Assembly: GCA_045594545.1 (NCBI GenBank)
Contig: JAZNYQ010000094.1
Location: 2,796-66,795, forward strand
From: Eubacteriales bacterium
GTDB taxonomy: Bacteria; Bacillota; Clostridia; Oscillospirales; UMGS1783
Direction of reading: 5' to 3'
DNA: 64,000 bases
Shown here: positions 17,255 through 25,574 of the stretch, piece by piece
Numbering within the stretch: the stretch's first letter is position 1
Layout of the letters: every line of letters starts with the position of its first letter
Program-made: the position numbers and the translations under genes
The notes under the pieces: model-generated
What the model saw: only the letters and a program-made list of their open reading frames with translations
The model's database searches: none
Told to the model about the DNA's origin: nothing

Positions 17255-19000
17255 TTAGTATTTTTCGCGTTTTACGTAGGTTGTATGCAAAATCTCATGT
17301 GCCTTATGGCTACCCGGCTTCTCCAGATACTCATCATAGATACGCTTCACATCGGGGTTCTCATGGGACTTTCTGACCGGCAGATTGCGGTCATCTTCAT
17401 ACAAGCCGGCGGCACGAGCGGCACGAATGTCGATCTCATTACGAACCGATGCAGGCTGTATCGGCTGACCGCCACCGTTGACGCAACCACCGGGGCAGGC
17501 CATGATCTCAATGAAATCATATTCCTTTTCACCCGACTGTACGCTATTGAGCAACGCACGGGCATTGGCCAGACCGGAGGCAACCGCTACACGGATCTTG
17601 TTACCGGCCAGCTCATAGGTGGCTTCCTTGATGCCTTCCACACCGCGAACATCCTCAAAGTCAAGTTTCTTGAGGGGCTCTTTGGTGACAACCTCAGCGG
17701 CGGTACGCAGAGCGGCTTCCATAACACCGCCGGTAGCGCCAAAGATGGTGCCGGCACCGGAACCAAGACCGAACGGAGCATCGAACTCACCGTCAGGCAG
17801 ATCATTGAAACGGATGCCGCACTTCTTGATCATACGGGCCAACTCACGAACGGTGAGAGCCACGTCGATATCATACAGACCTTCAACGGCCGTATTCTCG
17901 GTACGCTGAGCCTCAAACTTCTTAGCCGTACAAGGCATGATCGAAACGACAAAGATGTTCTTAGGATCAATACCCATCTTCTCAGCATAATAGGTCTTAG
18001 CCACCGAACCGAACATGCCCTGCGGCGACTTGCAAGAGGACAGGTTCTGAATCATGTCAGGGAAATAATACTCACAGAACTTGACCCAGCCGGGCGAGCA
18101 GGAAGTGATCAGCGGCAGATTCTCCTTCTTGGTGTAACGATCCAAGAACTCGGTAGCCTCTTCCATGATGGTCAGGTCAGCCGTAAAGTTGGTATCGAAC
18201 ACGCCGTCAAAGCCGAGCATCTTCAGAGCGGATACCATTTTACCGGTCACGATCGTGCCGATAGGCAGACCGAATTCTTCACCCAGACCCACGCGAACGG
18301 CGGGAGCGGTCTGAACAATGACATGCTTCTCGGGATCATTCAGAGCGGCAAATACCTTTTCGGTATCGTCACGCTCGGTCAGCGCGCCGGTCGGGCAGAC
18401 CGTGATACACTGGCCGCAAGCAATACAAGAGGTATCGCCCAGACCGCAATCAAACGGAGAGCCGATAACGGTAGCAAAACCACGCTCATTCGCACCGATA
18501 ACGGATACCGACTGCAACTTCTGGCAGGCGGCCACACAACGGCGGCAGAGGATGCACTTAGCGTTGTTGCGGATCATATGGATGGCGCTATCGTCGATTT
18601 CGGTAGCGGTCATCTCACCCTCAAAGCGGTTCTCCACATCCACACCGTACTCTTTGCACAGAGCCTGCAGTTCGCAGTTCTGCGAACGAACGCAGGACAG
18701 ACACTTCTTGTCGTGGTTGGACAGGATCAGTTCCAGCGTAGTGCGGCGAGCCTTGATAACCTTGGGGCTGTTGGTGATGACCTCCATACCCTCGTTTACG
18801 GGATATACGCAAGCAGCCACCAGGCTGCGAGCACCCTTGACCTCAACCATACACATACGGCAAGCGCCGATCTCATTGATGTCCTTTAAGTAGCACAGGG
18901 TCGGGATACTGACCCCGGCAATGCGAGCAGCCTCCAGAATGGTACTGCCCTTCGGCACGGAACATTCCACGCCGTTAATTTTAATTGTAACGTTTTCCAT
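17255..19000 (-). CDS. hydA: [FeFe]-hydrogenase catalytic subunit HydA (multimeric NAD/ferredoxin-linked type)
   Basis: N-terminal 2Fe-2S plus several 4Fe-4S Cys motifs. The H-cluster signatures are LITSCSPGW, MPCTAKKFE and EIMACPGGCVNGGGQP. Confidence 0.93.
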   Translation of the reverse strand: MENVTIKINGVECSVPKGSTILEAARIAGVSIPTLCYLKDINEIGACRMCMVEVKGARSLVAACVYPVNEGMEVITNSPKVIKARRTTLELILSNHDKKCLSCVRSQNCELQALCKEYGVDVENRFEGEMTATEIDDSAIHMIRNNAKCILCRRCVAACQKLQSVSVIGANERGFATVIGSPFDCGLGDTSCIACGQCITVCPTGALTERDDTEKVFAALNDPEKHVIVQTAPAVRVGLGEEFGLPIGTIVTGKMVSALKMLGFDGVFDTNFTADLTIMEEATEFLDRYTKKENLPLITSCSPGWVKFCEYYFPDMIQNLSSCKSPQGMFGSVAKTYYAEKMGIDPKNIFVVSIMPCTAKKFEAQRTENTAVEGLYDIDVALTVRELARMIKKCGIRFNDLPDGEFDAPFGLGSGAGTIFGATGGVMEAALRTAAEVVTKEPLKKLDFEDVRGVEGIKEATYELAGNKIRVAVASGLANARALLNSVQSGEKEYDFIEIMACPGGCVNGGGQPIQPASVRNEIDIRAARAAGLYEDDRNLPVRKSHENPDVKRIYDEYLEKPGSHKAHEILHTTYVKREKY

Positions 19001-19014
19001 GAATCTGTTCCTCC

Positions 19015-20832
19015 TTACTGCTTGCTGATAGCCTTGAACTTACAATGATCCATGCAGGCGCTGCACTTCACGCACTTGTCGGCAACGATCTCATAAGACG
19101 GAAGCTTATGGCCGGGAGCCACATAGTCAGTCTTAATGATGGTGTTAGCCGGGCAATTTCTGGCGCACATGCCGCAACCGATACATTTATCCTTGTCAAT
19201 CACAAAGGTCAACAGATCTTTACAAACACCGGCAGGACACTTCTTGTCCACCACGTGAGCTACATACTCATCGCGGAAGAACTTGAGGGTCGACAACACG
19301 GGGTTAGGAGCCGTCTGACCAAGGCCGCACAAGGAGTTTTCTTTAATGTAATAGCAGAGTTCTTCCAACTCGTCGATATCTTCCAGGGTACCGTTGCCCT
19401 TGGTGATCTTATCCAGCTTCTCATACAGACGCTTGGTACCGACACGGCAGGGCGTGCACTTACCGCAGGACTCGTCCACGGTAAACTCGAGGAAGAACTT
19501 GGCCATATCTACCATACAGGTATCTTCGTCCATAACGATCAAGCCGCCCGAACCCATCATACAGCCGATAGCCGTGAGGTTATCGTAGTCAACGGGGGTG
19601 TCGATCAGGCTGGCCGGGATACAACCGCCGGAAGGACCGCCGGTCTGGGCCGCCTTGAACTTCTTGCCGTTGGGGATACCGCCGCCGATGTCCTCGATGA
19701 TCTCACGAAGCGGAGTGCCCATCGGGATCTCAACCAGACCGGTATGCTCGATCTTACCACCCAAAGCAAATACCTTAGTGCCCTTGGACTTCTCGGTACC
19801 CATCGAAGCAAACCAATCGGCGCCACGCAGAATAATCTGAGGCACGTTAGCAAAGGTTTCCACGTTGTTTTCAACAGTCGGCTTGCCCCACAGCCCCTTA
19901 ACGGCCGGATAAGGCGGACGGGGACGAGGCTCGCCACGCTTACCTTCGATCGAAGTCATCAGCGCCGTTTCTTCGCCGCAGACGAAAGCACCGGCACCCA
20001 GACGGATGAACAGATCGAAATCAAAGCCGGAACCGAAAATATTCTTGCCCAGCAGTCCATATTCACGAGCCTGCTCGATCGCCATCTGCAAACGGGCAAC
20101 GGCAATCGGATACTCGGCACGAACATAGACATAACCCTCGGTAGCACCGATGGCGTAACCGGCAATGGTCATGGCTTCGATCAGACAATGGGGGTCACCC
20201 TCCAATACCGAACGGTCCATAAATGCACCGGGGTCGCCCTCGTCAGCGTTACAAACAACATACTTCTGATCGGCCTGATTGGGAGCAGTCAGCGCCCACT
20301 TGCGACCGGTCGGGAAACCGCCGCCGCCACGGCCACGAAGACCGGACTTGGTAATCTCATCAATAACATCCTGAGGCTTCATCTCAGTAAGTACTTTGCC
20401 CAGAGCGGCATAGCCATCCATGACAATATACTCGTCAATACTCTCAGGGTTGATCACACCGCAGTTACGAAGAACCACACGGTTCTGGCTCTTATAGAAA
20501 GCGGTATCGTTAAGAGATACATTGCCTTCCACAGGCGCATCCGAGCCGGTATCGTTGTACACCAAACGATCGACCACACGGCCCTTAAGAAGATGCTCGG
20601 AAACAATTTCTTCTACGTCTTCGGGGGTTACGCGGCTGTAGAAGGTGCCATCGGGATGAACGATAACTACAGGACCCAAAGCGCACAGACCGAAACAACC
20701 GGTCTGAACAACCTTGACTTCATCCTGCAAACCGTTGGCTTCGATGGACTTAGCAAATACATCCTGAATTTTTACGCTGCCCGAGGAGGTACAACCGGTA
20801 CCGCCGCAGATCAGTACATGAGCACGAATCAT
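19015..20832 (-). CDS. hydB: NuoF-like flavoprotein subunit HydB (NADH-binding, FMN, Fe-S)
   Basis: Thioredoxin-like 2Fe-2S N-terminus (CGGTGC...CFGLC), GRGGGGFPTGRKW, SCGKCTPCR, and a C-terminal double CxxCxxCxxxCP. Confidence 0.93.
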   Translation of the reverse strand: MIRAHVLICGGTGCTSSGSVKIQDVFAKSIEANGLQDEVKVVQTGCFGLCALGPVVIVHPDGTFYSRVTPEDVEEIVSEHLLKGRVVDRLVYNDTGSDAPVEGNVSLNDTAFYKSQNRVVLRNCGVINPESIDEYIVMDGYAALGKVLTEMKPQDVIDEITKSGLRGRGGGGFPTGRKWALTAPNQADQKYVVCNADEGDPGAFMDRSVLEGDPHCLIEAMTIAGYAIGATEGYVYVRAEYPIAVARLQMAIEQAREYGLLGKNIFGSGFDFDLFIRLGAGAFVCGEETALMTSIEGKRGEPRPRPPYPAVKGLWGKPTVENNVETFANVPQIILRGADWFASMGTEKSKGTKVFALGGKIEHTGLVEIPMGTPLREIIEDIGGGIPNGKKFKAAQTGGPSGGCIPASLIDTPVDYDNLTAIGCMMGSGGLIVMDEDTCMVDMAKFFLEFTVDESCGKCTPCRVGTKRLYEKLDKITKGNGTLEDIDELEELCYYIKENSLCGLGQTAPNPVLSTLKFFRDEYVAHVVDKKCPAGVCKDLLTFVIDKDKCIGCGMCARNCPANTIIKTDYVAPGHKLPSYEIVADKCVKCSACMDHCKFKAISKQ

Positions 20833-20856
20833 AATTGTTTAACTCCTCCTCATTGG

Positions 20857-21228
20857 TTATGCTTTGTAATTGCCGATGGTAAATTCCGCAACCGGCTTGC
20901 CACCCTTGAGATGCTCCTCAACCACACGGGCGACCTTGTCGGCTGTCATTTTCACATAAGTAACCTTTTCCTGACCGGCCTCGAACACTTCAACAACCGG
21001 CTCAAACTGGCAGATACCGATGCAACCGGTCTGGGTCACAGTGATCTGACCGGCCAAGCCCTGATTGTTCACCTGCTCAACAAAAGCAGACAGGACGGGG
21101 CGGGCGCCGGCGGCAATACCGCAGGTAGCCATGCCGACAACGACACGCTTCTCACCGCTGCCTTCACGCAGGGCGACTTTGTTCTGCATTTTTTCCTTGA
21201 TTGCCTGGAGTTCTTCTAATGATTTCAT
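20857..21228 (-). CDS. thioredoxin-like [2Fe-2S] ferredoxin domain protein
   Basis: VVGMATCGIAAGA...QTGCIGICQFEP. The start is the ATG at 21228 (MKSLEEL), after AAAGGA. Confidence 0.8.
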   Translation of the reverse strand: MKSLEELQAIKEKMQNKVALREGSGEKRVVVGMATCGIAAGARPVLSAFVEQVNNQGLAGQITVTQTGCIGICQFEPVVEVFEAGQEKVTYVKMTADKVARVVEEHLKGGKPVAEFTIGNYKA

Positions 21229-21266
21229 AAGATTTATCCTTTCTTTGGAAAAATTATACTTTATTT

Positions 21267-21827
21267 TCAGGCCGTTTCCCAAGACTCATAAGCCTCAAGA
21301 AGCGAACCTTGAATCCATTGTAATACCTCAAAACTATTAAGAGGTACCTCACCCAACACGTCGCGCAACACGCGTGTGTCAAGTTCAACCGCTTCCCTTC
21401 CCGCACATTCATGTCGGAAAAGAAAATCGGTATCGGGATGTCCTTGAATCAGCGTCACCATCGTTCCGACCACATCCCCCAGCGGCGGGCAGTCAATGTG
21501 CGTATGATAAAATACCGCTTTTACCGTTGTACCGTGTTCTTGAGGATATTGTGCTTGATCCTTAGATGCCACCGTTACCGTACCACCGGTCATTTCCGCT
21601 TCCAGTTTCAACAATGGCAATCCCAAACCAACGGGACGGGTCGTTCGTGTTGTATAAAAGGGATCAGTTACCCGACTTACCGTCTGGGCATCCATACCGC
21701 AACCGTCATCCCGAATGGTAATGGTCAGCCTTTCCTCGGTCTGATCCAGCAGGATCTCGGTTAATGACGCGCCCGCTTTCACGGAATTTTCTGCAATATC
21801 CAAGATGTTGAGTGATAATTCTTTCAT
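21267..21827 (-). CDS. histidine-kinase-like ATPase (HATPase_c) domain protein without a DHp or receiver domain
   Basis: N-box NILDIAENSVKAG, G1 RDDGCGM and G2 GLGLPLL. The C-terminal ~90 aa are unassigned. Its ATGA overlaps the PHP gene. Confidence 0.7.
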   Translation of the reverse strand: MKELSLNILDIAENSVKAGASLTEILLDQTEERLTITIRDDGCGMDAQTVSRVTDPFYTTRTTRPVGLGLPLLKLEAEMTGGTVTVASKDQAQYPQEHGTTVKAVFYHTHIDCPPLGDVVGTMVTLIQGHPDTDFLFRHECAGREAVELDTRVLRDVLGEVPLNSFEVLQWIQGSLLEAYESWETA

Positions 21828-22558
21828 CGTCCCCTCCTCAGATATTCAATCAGATTTTTCCGAACCAGCGCGCTGCTGTACGGTTCATCGTCCAGCTCCA
21901 CGTAACCGTCCTTCTCCTTGATGTCCCACAAATAGTGCGCATCACTGCACGAGACCGCCACGCACCTGTCAAGCACATGGGCTTGTCGGTATTCCTCCTC
22001 CTTGGTTCCATCGTGGAATTCCACGCAGGTAAACTCAGGAAAGGTCGGGACCGTACCCAGGATGGATATGATGCCATTGGCTTCCCGATCAATATGCGCC
22101 GGATAGCACACACCGCCGAAATGCTCAACCAAGCCGGGGGCCTCTTCGAGCGAAACGGTAGTGGCGTTACTGAGCAGATCCGGATCTTCACCGATGATCT
22201 CGTCGTTTTCATCCATGATCCATTGCTCACCGAAAATATCCGTTCGGTTGGCGATCCGAATCCGACGTTTGTTGATCTCCTCATCGAACGCCATCGCCGC
22301 TTCCAATGTCGGAAACAGGCAGACCATGTGAATATCTTCCGCCGTCGTCAGTTCCATGCCGGGAATCGGGATAATCCCGTGCTTGCGTGCCGCTTTGAAA
22401 AAGGCAGGACAGTTTCGGCAGGTATTATGATCGGTCAATGCCATGATCTGCAATCCGTTAAGCACTCCCATACCCACCAAATTGTTCGGTGTGTTTTCAT
22501 TATCTCCGCAAGGAGACAGACAGGAATGAACGTGCAGATCGTAATAGTAGCGGTTCAT
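21824..22558 (-). CDS. PHP-domain metal-dependent phosphoesterase
   Basis: YYDLHVHSCLSPCGD...ALTDHNT is the PHP His/Asp motif pattern. Confidence 0.8.
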   Translation of the reverse strand: MNRYYYDLHVHSCLSPCGDNENTPNNLVGMGVLNGLQIMALTDHNTCRNCPAFFKAARKHGIIPIPGMELTTAEDIHMVCLFPTLEAAMAFDEEINKRRIRIANRTDIFGEQWIMDENDEIIGEDPDLLSNATTVSLEEAPGLVEHFGGVCYPAHIDREANGIISILGTVPTFPEFTCVEFHDGTKEEEYRQAHVLDRCVAVSCSDAHYLWDIKEKDGYVELDDEPYSSALVRKNLIEYLRRGR

Positions 22559-22881
22559 AGGTTCTGCGCCAGCATCAGCGCCGTCTCATAGGCACTGCGC
22601 TCGCTTACCAGAATATTGATTCCCTTAGCACTCGCTAACGCCTCAACCCCATCATCCGGCATAACGTTTTCTGCCAGAATAATACAGGCCGTATCCGCCA
22701 GCGTAGCCACCGCCACGATGTTGTTGTTGGACATGATGGTGATCCAAGCTTGATCGGCTTGCGCACGCCCCATGACCCAACTGAGAAGATCGCCGATGTA
22801 GACACCGGTTATCTCACGCTCACCGTCGGGAAGTGCGACTGCCTTCAAATTGGTCTTTTGTATCAATTCGTTAACGGTCAC
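22555..22881 (-). CDS. DRTGG-domain protein
   Basis: About 108 aa, ...DLLSWVMGRAQADQAWITIMSNNNIVAVATLADTACIILAENV..., resembling the other DRTGG-like protein at 24613-24975. I prefer the GTG at 22881, after GGAGGAG. The ORF-track start at 22923 would overlap the upstream gene by 53 nt. Confidence 0.65.
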   Translation of the reverse strand: MTVNELIQKTNLKAVALPDGEREITGVYIGDLLSWVMGRAQADQAWITIMSNNNIVAVATLADTACIILAENVMPDDGVEALASAKGINILVSERSAYETALMLAQNL

Positions 22882-24160
22882 CTTGCTCCTCCTTCTGTGT
22901 GAGATATTGCTGTAACTTCTCACGCATGGTCAGTACACAATCGCTCATCTTGGCGGTTCCCCTCACCACATCCTCGGCAAACGCACGACAAGTCGGTGCA
23001 CCGCAAGAGCCGCAATCCAACCCCGGCAACTGATTGCGCAAAGACTGGATATCGGCCAGCATACGCATGGACTTGGCCATGTTGTCGCTGAGCTGACTGA
23101 TCGGCTGATACTCCGGTAATTCATCACAGAAATATTCTTCCGGAATATACTGCTGTTCAGGGGGAAGGAAGTTGCAGGATACCGGCATAAATCGCCGAAG
23201 TGCCTGCAAACGAGCTTTGGCAATGAATGGGTTTTGCACCGTCATGACTCCGCCCACGCAACCGCCGGTGCAGGCGTTGAGTTCCACAAACTCTACCTGC
23301 GGAATGTTTCCGTTCTCGATCTGATCCAGAACACGGATGACATTCTCGATCCCGTCCGCCGCCAGATAATTGTCATTAAACAGCGCTGTTGACTCACCGC
23401 CGGAAGATGCCCAGCCGATTCCCATCATCCCCGACGAGGACAGGTCATCGATCTGGTCGGTGTATTTCATTTCATTGATCAACTGAAAATAGATATCGCT
23501 GATCGAAACCACCGCATCCACCTGACTCTTGTATTCTCCAAATCCGTTTTTTACATAACTGGCTTTGGCCGGACAGGGAGAAATAAAACAAACTCCGATT
23601 TCCTCGGGCTTAAACTCCGGATGCTCCTTCAAAGCCTTTTCCCGTGCCAGCTTCGCCGCCATTTCCATGGGGGGAAGCATATGTAACACGTTATCCTGCA
23701 AGGAAGGAAACCGAAGCGAGATCAGTCGGACAACCACCGGACACGCTGAACTGATGACCGGCTTTTTTACCCCTTCTGTATTGAGATACAGCCGAGTATA
23801 GGCCGAGACCATTTCTGCCGCCTTGGATACCTCGTACACATCGTCAAACCCGATGCGTAACAGTCCGTTAAGCACATAGTCTACATCATCCAAATTGTCA
23901 AACTGACCGTAAAGACTGGGCGCCGGTAAGGCAATCTTCCATTTGAAAGCATCCATAGCGTCCAGTTTGCTGCATACCGCCTTTTTTGCTTTTTGTGGGC
24001 AGGTGCGGATACACTCGCCGCAATCAATGCAGCGCCCCTCGTTAATCACGGCCCGACCCTCTCGGATTCGGATCGCTTCGGTGGGGCAATGCCGCAGGCA
24101 GGTGGTGCAGCCGGTACACTTATGTGTGTCCAGAAACACGGAATGCTCATATGTATGCAT
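22871..24160 (-). CDS. HydA-like Fe-S protein: 2x[4Fe-4S] ferredoxin domain, hydrogenase large-subunit-like domain and C-terminal Cys-rich domain (putative sensor, probably non-catalytic)
   Basis: The N-terminus has CTGCTTCLRHCP and CIDCGECIRTCP. H-cluster-aligned segments read SSACPVV, SPCPAKASY and ELNACTGGCVGG. The C-terminus has LDCGSCGAPTCRAF. The ATG at 24160 follows AGGTAGG. Confidence 0.8.
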   Translation of the reverse strand: MHTYEHSVFLDTHKCTGCTTCLRHCPTEAIRIREGRAVINEGRCIDCGECIRTCPQKAKKAVCSKLDAMDAFKWKIALPAPSLYGQFDNLDDVDYVLNGLLRIGFDDVYEVSKAAEMVSAYTRLYLNTEGVKKPVISSACPVVVRLISLRFPSLQDNVLHMLPPMEMAAKLAREKALKEHPEFKPEEIGVCFISPCPAKASYVKNGFGEYKSQVDAVVSISDIYFQLINEMKYTDQIDDLSSSGMMGIGWASSGGESTALFNDNYLAADGIENVIRVLDQIENGNIPQVEFVELNACTGGCVGGVMTVQNPFIAKARLQALRRFMPVSCNFLPPEQQYIPEEYFCDELPEYQPISQLSDNMAKSMRMLADIQSLRNQLPGLDCGSCGAPTCRAFAEDVVRGTAKMSDCVLTMREKLQQYLTQKEEQGDR

Positions 24161-24190
24161 ATACAACTACCTACCTGTTTATCATCGAGG

Positions 24191-24616
24191 TTATTCCAGA
24201 TTGACACGCATGGTAATGCGTGTTCCCTTTCCAACCTCCGATTCGATCTCCATATGATCGGTATATCGCTTCATGTTCGGCAGACCCATGCCGGCGCCAA
24301 AACCAAGCGATCGAATGTTATCAGGTGCCGTGGAGAATCCGGCCTGCATGGCTTGATCGATATCGGCAATACCGGGACCTTTATCTTCCAGTATGATCTC
24401 AATGGCCTCTTCATTGACCCGAACCTCGGCATGACCGCCACCGGCATGAATGACCATATTGATCTCACCCTCATACATCGCAATAGACACCCGACGGATC
24501 ATCTCCGGCGGAAGCCCTAATTGCCGCAGATTCTTTTTGATCTGCACCGATGCCTGACCGGCCGAAGTGAAATTCTCACCATCGACATCAAAGTGAAAGA
24601 CCAGCCCTTCACTCAT
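24191..24616 (-). CDS. small HATPase-type protein (SpoIIAB/RsbW-like anti-sigma/serine-kinase fold)
   Basis: 141 aa. The sequence AMYEGEINMVIHAGGG...LEDKGPGIADIDQAMQAGFST...GFGAGMGLPNMKR fits the GHKL ATPase N, G1 and G2 boxes. Confidence 0.7.
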   Translation of the reverse strand: MSEGLVFHFDVDGENFTSAGQASVQIKKNLRQLGLPPEMIRRVSIAMYEGEINMVIHAGGGHAEVRVNEEAIEIILEDKGPGIADIDQAMQAGFSTAPDNIRSLGFGAGMGLPNMKRYTDHMEIESEVGKGTRITMRVNLE

Positions 24617-24975
24617 GACTGCACCCTCTTGACCTTGTTACCGACAAGGCCGTTGCTGTAAAGAATACCGCAGGCTTCATACATGCGTTTCTTTGTGGCC
24701 AACACCACAATGCCGCACTCCTGAGCCAAGCGCACCATTTCCGGCGTCGGCTCCTTGGCACGGACAAATACGATACAACGCATGTCCATCATTTCAGCCG
24801 TGCGAATCACCTGTGCATTGACAAGCCCCGTCAGCAATACCGCCTGATCCTTGACATACGCCAAAACATCACTCATCATATCGCTGCCGCAAGCCGAATA
24901 CACATGATCGCCCAACCGATCCTCGCCCGAGATCACACGGGCTTCCAGAAGTTCCTGTATTGTACAGATCTTCAT
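24613..24975 (-). CDS. DRTGG-domain protein
   Basis: 120 aa, ...MMSDVLAYVKDQAVLLTGLVNAQVIRTAEMMDMRCIVFVRAKEP... Its ATGA overlaps the downstream ATPase gene. Confidence 0.65.
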   Translation of the reverse strand: MKICTIQELLEARVISGEDRLGDHVYSACGSDMMSDVLAYVKDQAVLLTGLVNAQVIRTAEMMDMRCIVFVRAKEPTPEMVRLAQECGIVVLATKKRMYEACGILYSNGLVGNKVKRVQS

Positions 24976-24990
24976 ACAGTCGTCATCCTC

Positions 24991-25488
24991 TTAGTCGGCG
25001 TATTTAGCCAGAATGTCATCCACATCATCAACCGTCAAACGGCCGTAAACTTCACCGTTGATGGTCAGAACCGGAGCCAGACCGCAGGCACCGATGCAAC
25101 GGCAGGCAACCAGAGAGAATTTTCCGTCCGGCGTGCATTCCCCGTTGGCAATGCCCAGTCTTTCGCTCAGGCGATTAAAGATATCGCCGGATCCCTTAAC
25201 ATAACAGGCCGTACCCAAGCAAACCGAGATCTCGTATTTGCCCTTGGGCTGAGTCGAGAAGAAAGAGTAGAAGGTAACTACCCCATATACCTCTTCCAGC
25301 GACACATCCAGTCCCTCTGCAACAGCAATCTGTACTTCCAAAGGCAGATATCCGTAAATATCCTGCGCCTTCTTCAGCACCTGAACCAGAGCACCGGGAA
25401 CTTCCTTGTAGTCCGCCAGTATCTGGTTGAGCTGATTGCGCTTTTCAGGACTGTCCTGAAAAGGGATCGATTCGTACTTGTTTTTCAT
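24991..25488 (-). CDS. hydC: NuoE-like [2Fe-2S] subunit HydC
   Basis: LQKAQDIYGYLP...SVCLGTACYVKG...LVACRCIGACGLAPV is the NuoE/HoxE family pattern. It is the first gene of the operon. Confidence 0.9.
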   Translation of the reverse strand: MKNKYESIPFQDSPEKRNQLNQILADYKEVPGALVQVLKKAQDIYGYLPLEVQIAVAEGLDVSLEEVYGVVTFYSFFSTQPKGKYEISVCLGTACYVKGSGDIFNRLSERLGIANGECTPDGKFSLVACRCIGACGLAPVLTINGEVYGRLTVDDVDDILAKYAD

Positions 25489-25508
25489 TGTGTAAACTCC
25501 TCCTTGTA

Positions 25509-25529
25509 TTAATCGATCATATTGATTAA
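25509..25529. promoter_or_regulatory. 21-bp near-perfect palindrome between the leader hairpin and the hydC RBS (candidate operator)
   Basis: TTAATCGAT-CAT-ATTGATTAA has 9-nt arms with one mismatch. It lies 3 nt upstream of the AAGGAGGAG RBS. Confidence 0.35.
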
Positions 25530-25539
25530 AAAACTGTAA

Positions 25540-25570
25540 GAGGTGATGTGCAAATGGCGCACCTCACCTC
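25540..25570 (-). promoter_or_regulatory. 5' leader stem-loop of the hydrogenase operon
   Basis: A 12-bp stem with one mismatch, GAGGTGATGTGC (25540-25551) against GCACCTCACCTC (25559-25570), and a 7-nt loop. It starts at about +1 of the predicted transcript. On the minus strand a U6 run begins 6 nt after the stem. Confidence 0.45.
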
Positions 25571-25574
25571 CATT

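Noticed and set aside
17093-18889. 598-aa plus-strand ORF antisense to hydA
   Set aside because: It shows the same codon-aligned antisense geometry (both frames anchored at 2 mod 3). It has no start context and a compositionally biased product. This is a shadow ORF.
19045-21219. 724-aa ORF on the plus strand, antisense to hydB and the 2Fe-2S ferredoxin gene
   Set aside because: Its codons are exactly aligned with the sense codons. The plus ORF starts at a coordinate congruent to 1 mod 3, and the sense codons of both minus-strand genes span 1 to 0 mod 3. Stops can therefore arise only where the sense strand uses TTA, CTA or TCA, which these biased genes avoid. The translation is low-complexity (G/T/A/L/H-rich), with no RBS or family resemblance. 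This is a shadow ORF.
25527-25570. hyd leader hairpin plus U6 read as an intrinsic terminator or attenuator
   Set aside because: The U-run starts 6 nt after the stem rather than abutting it, and I could not find an alternative antiterminator pairing. I report it as a leader stem-loop only.
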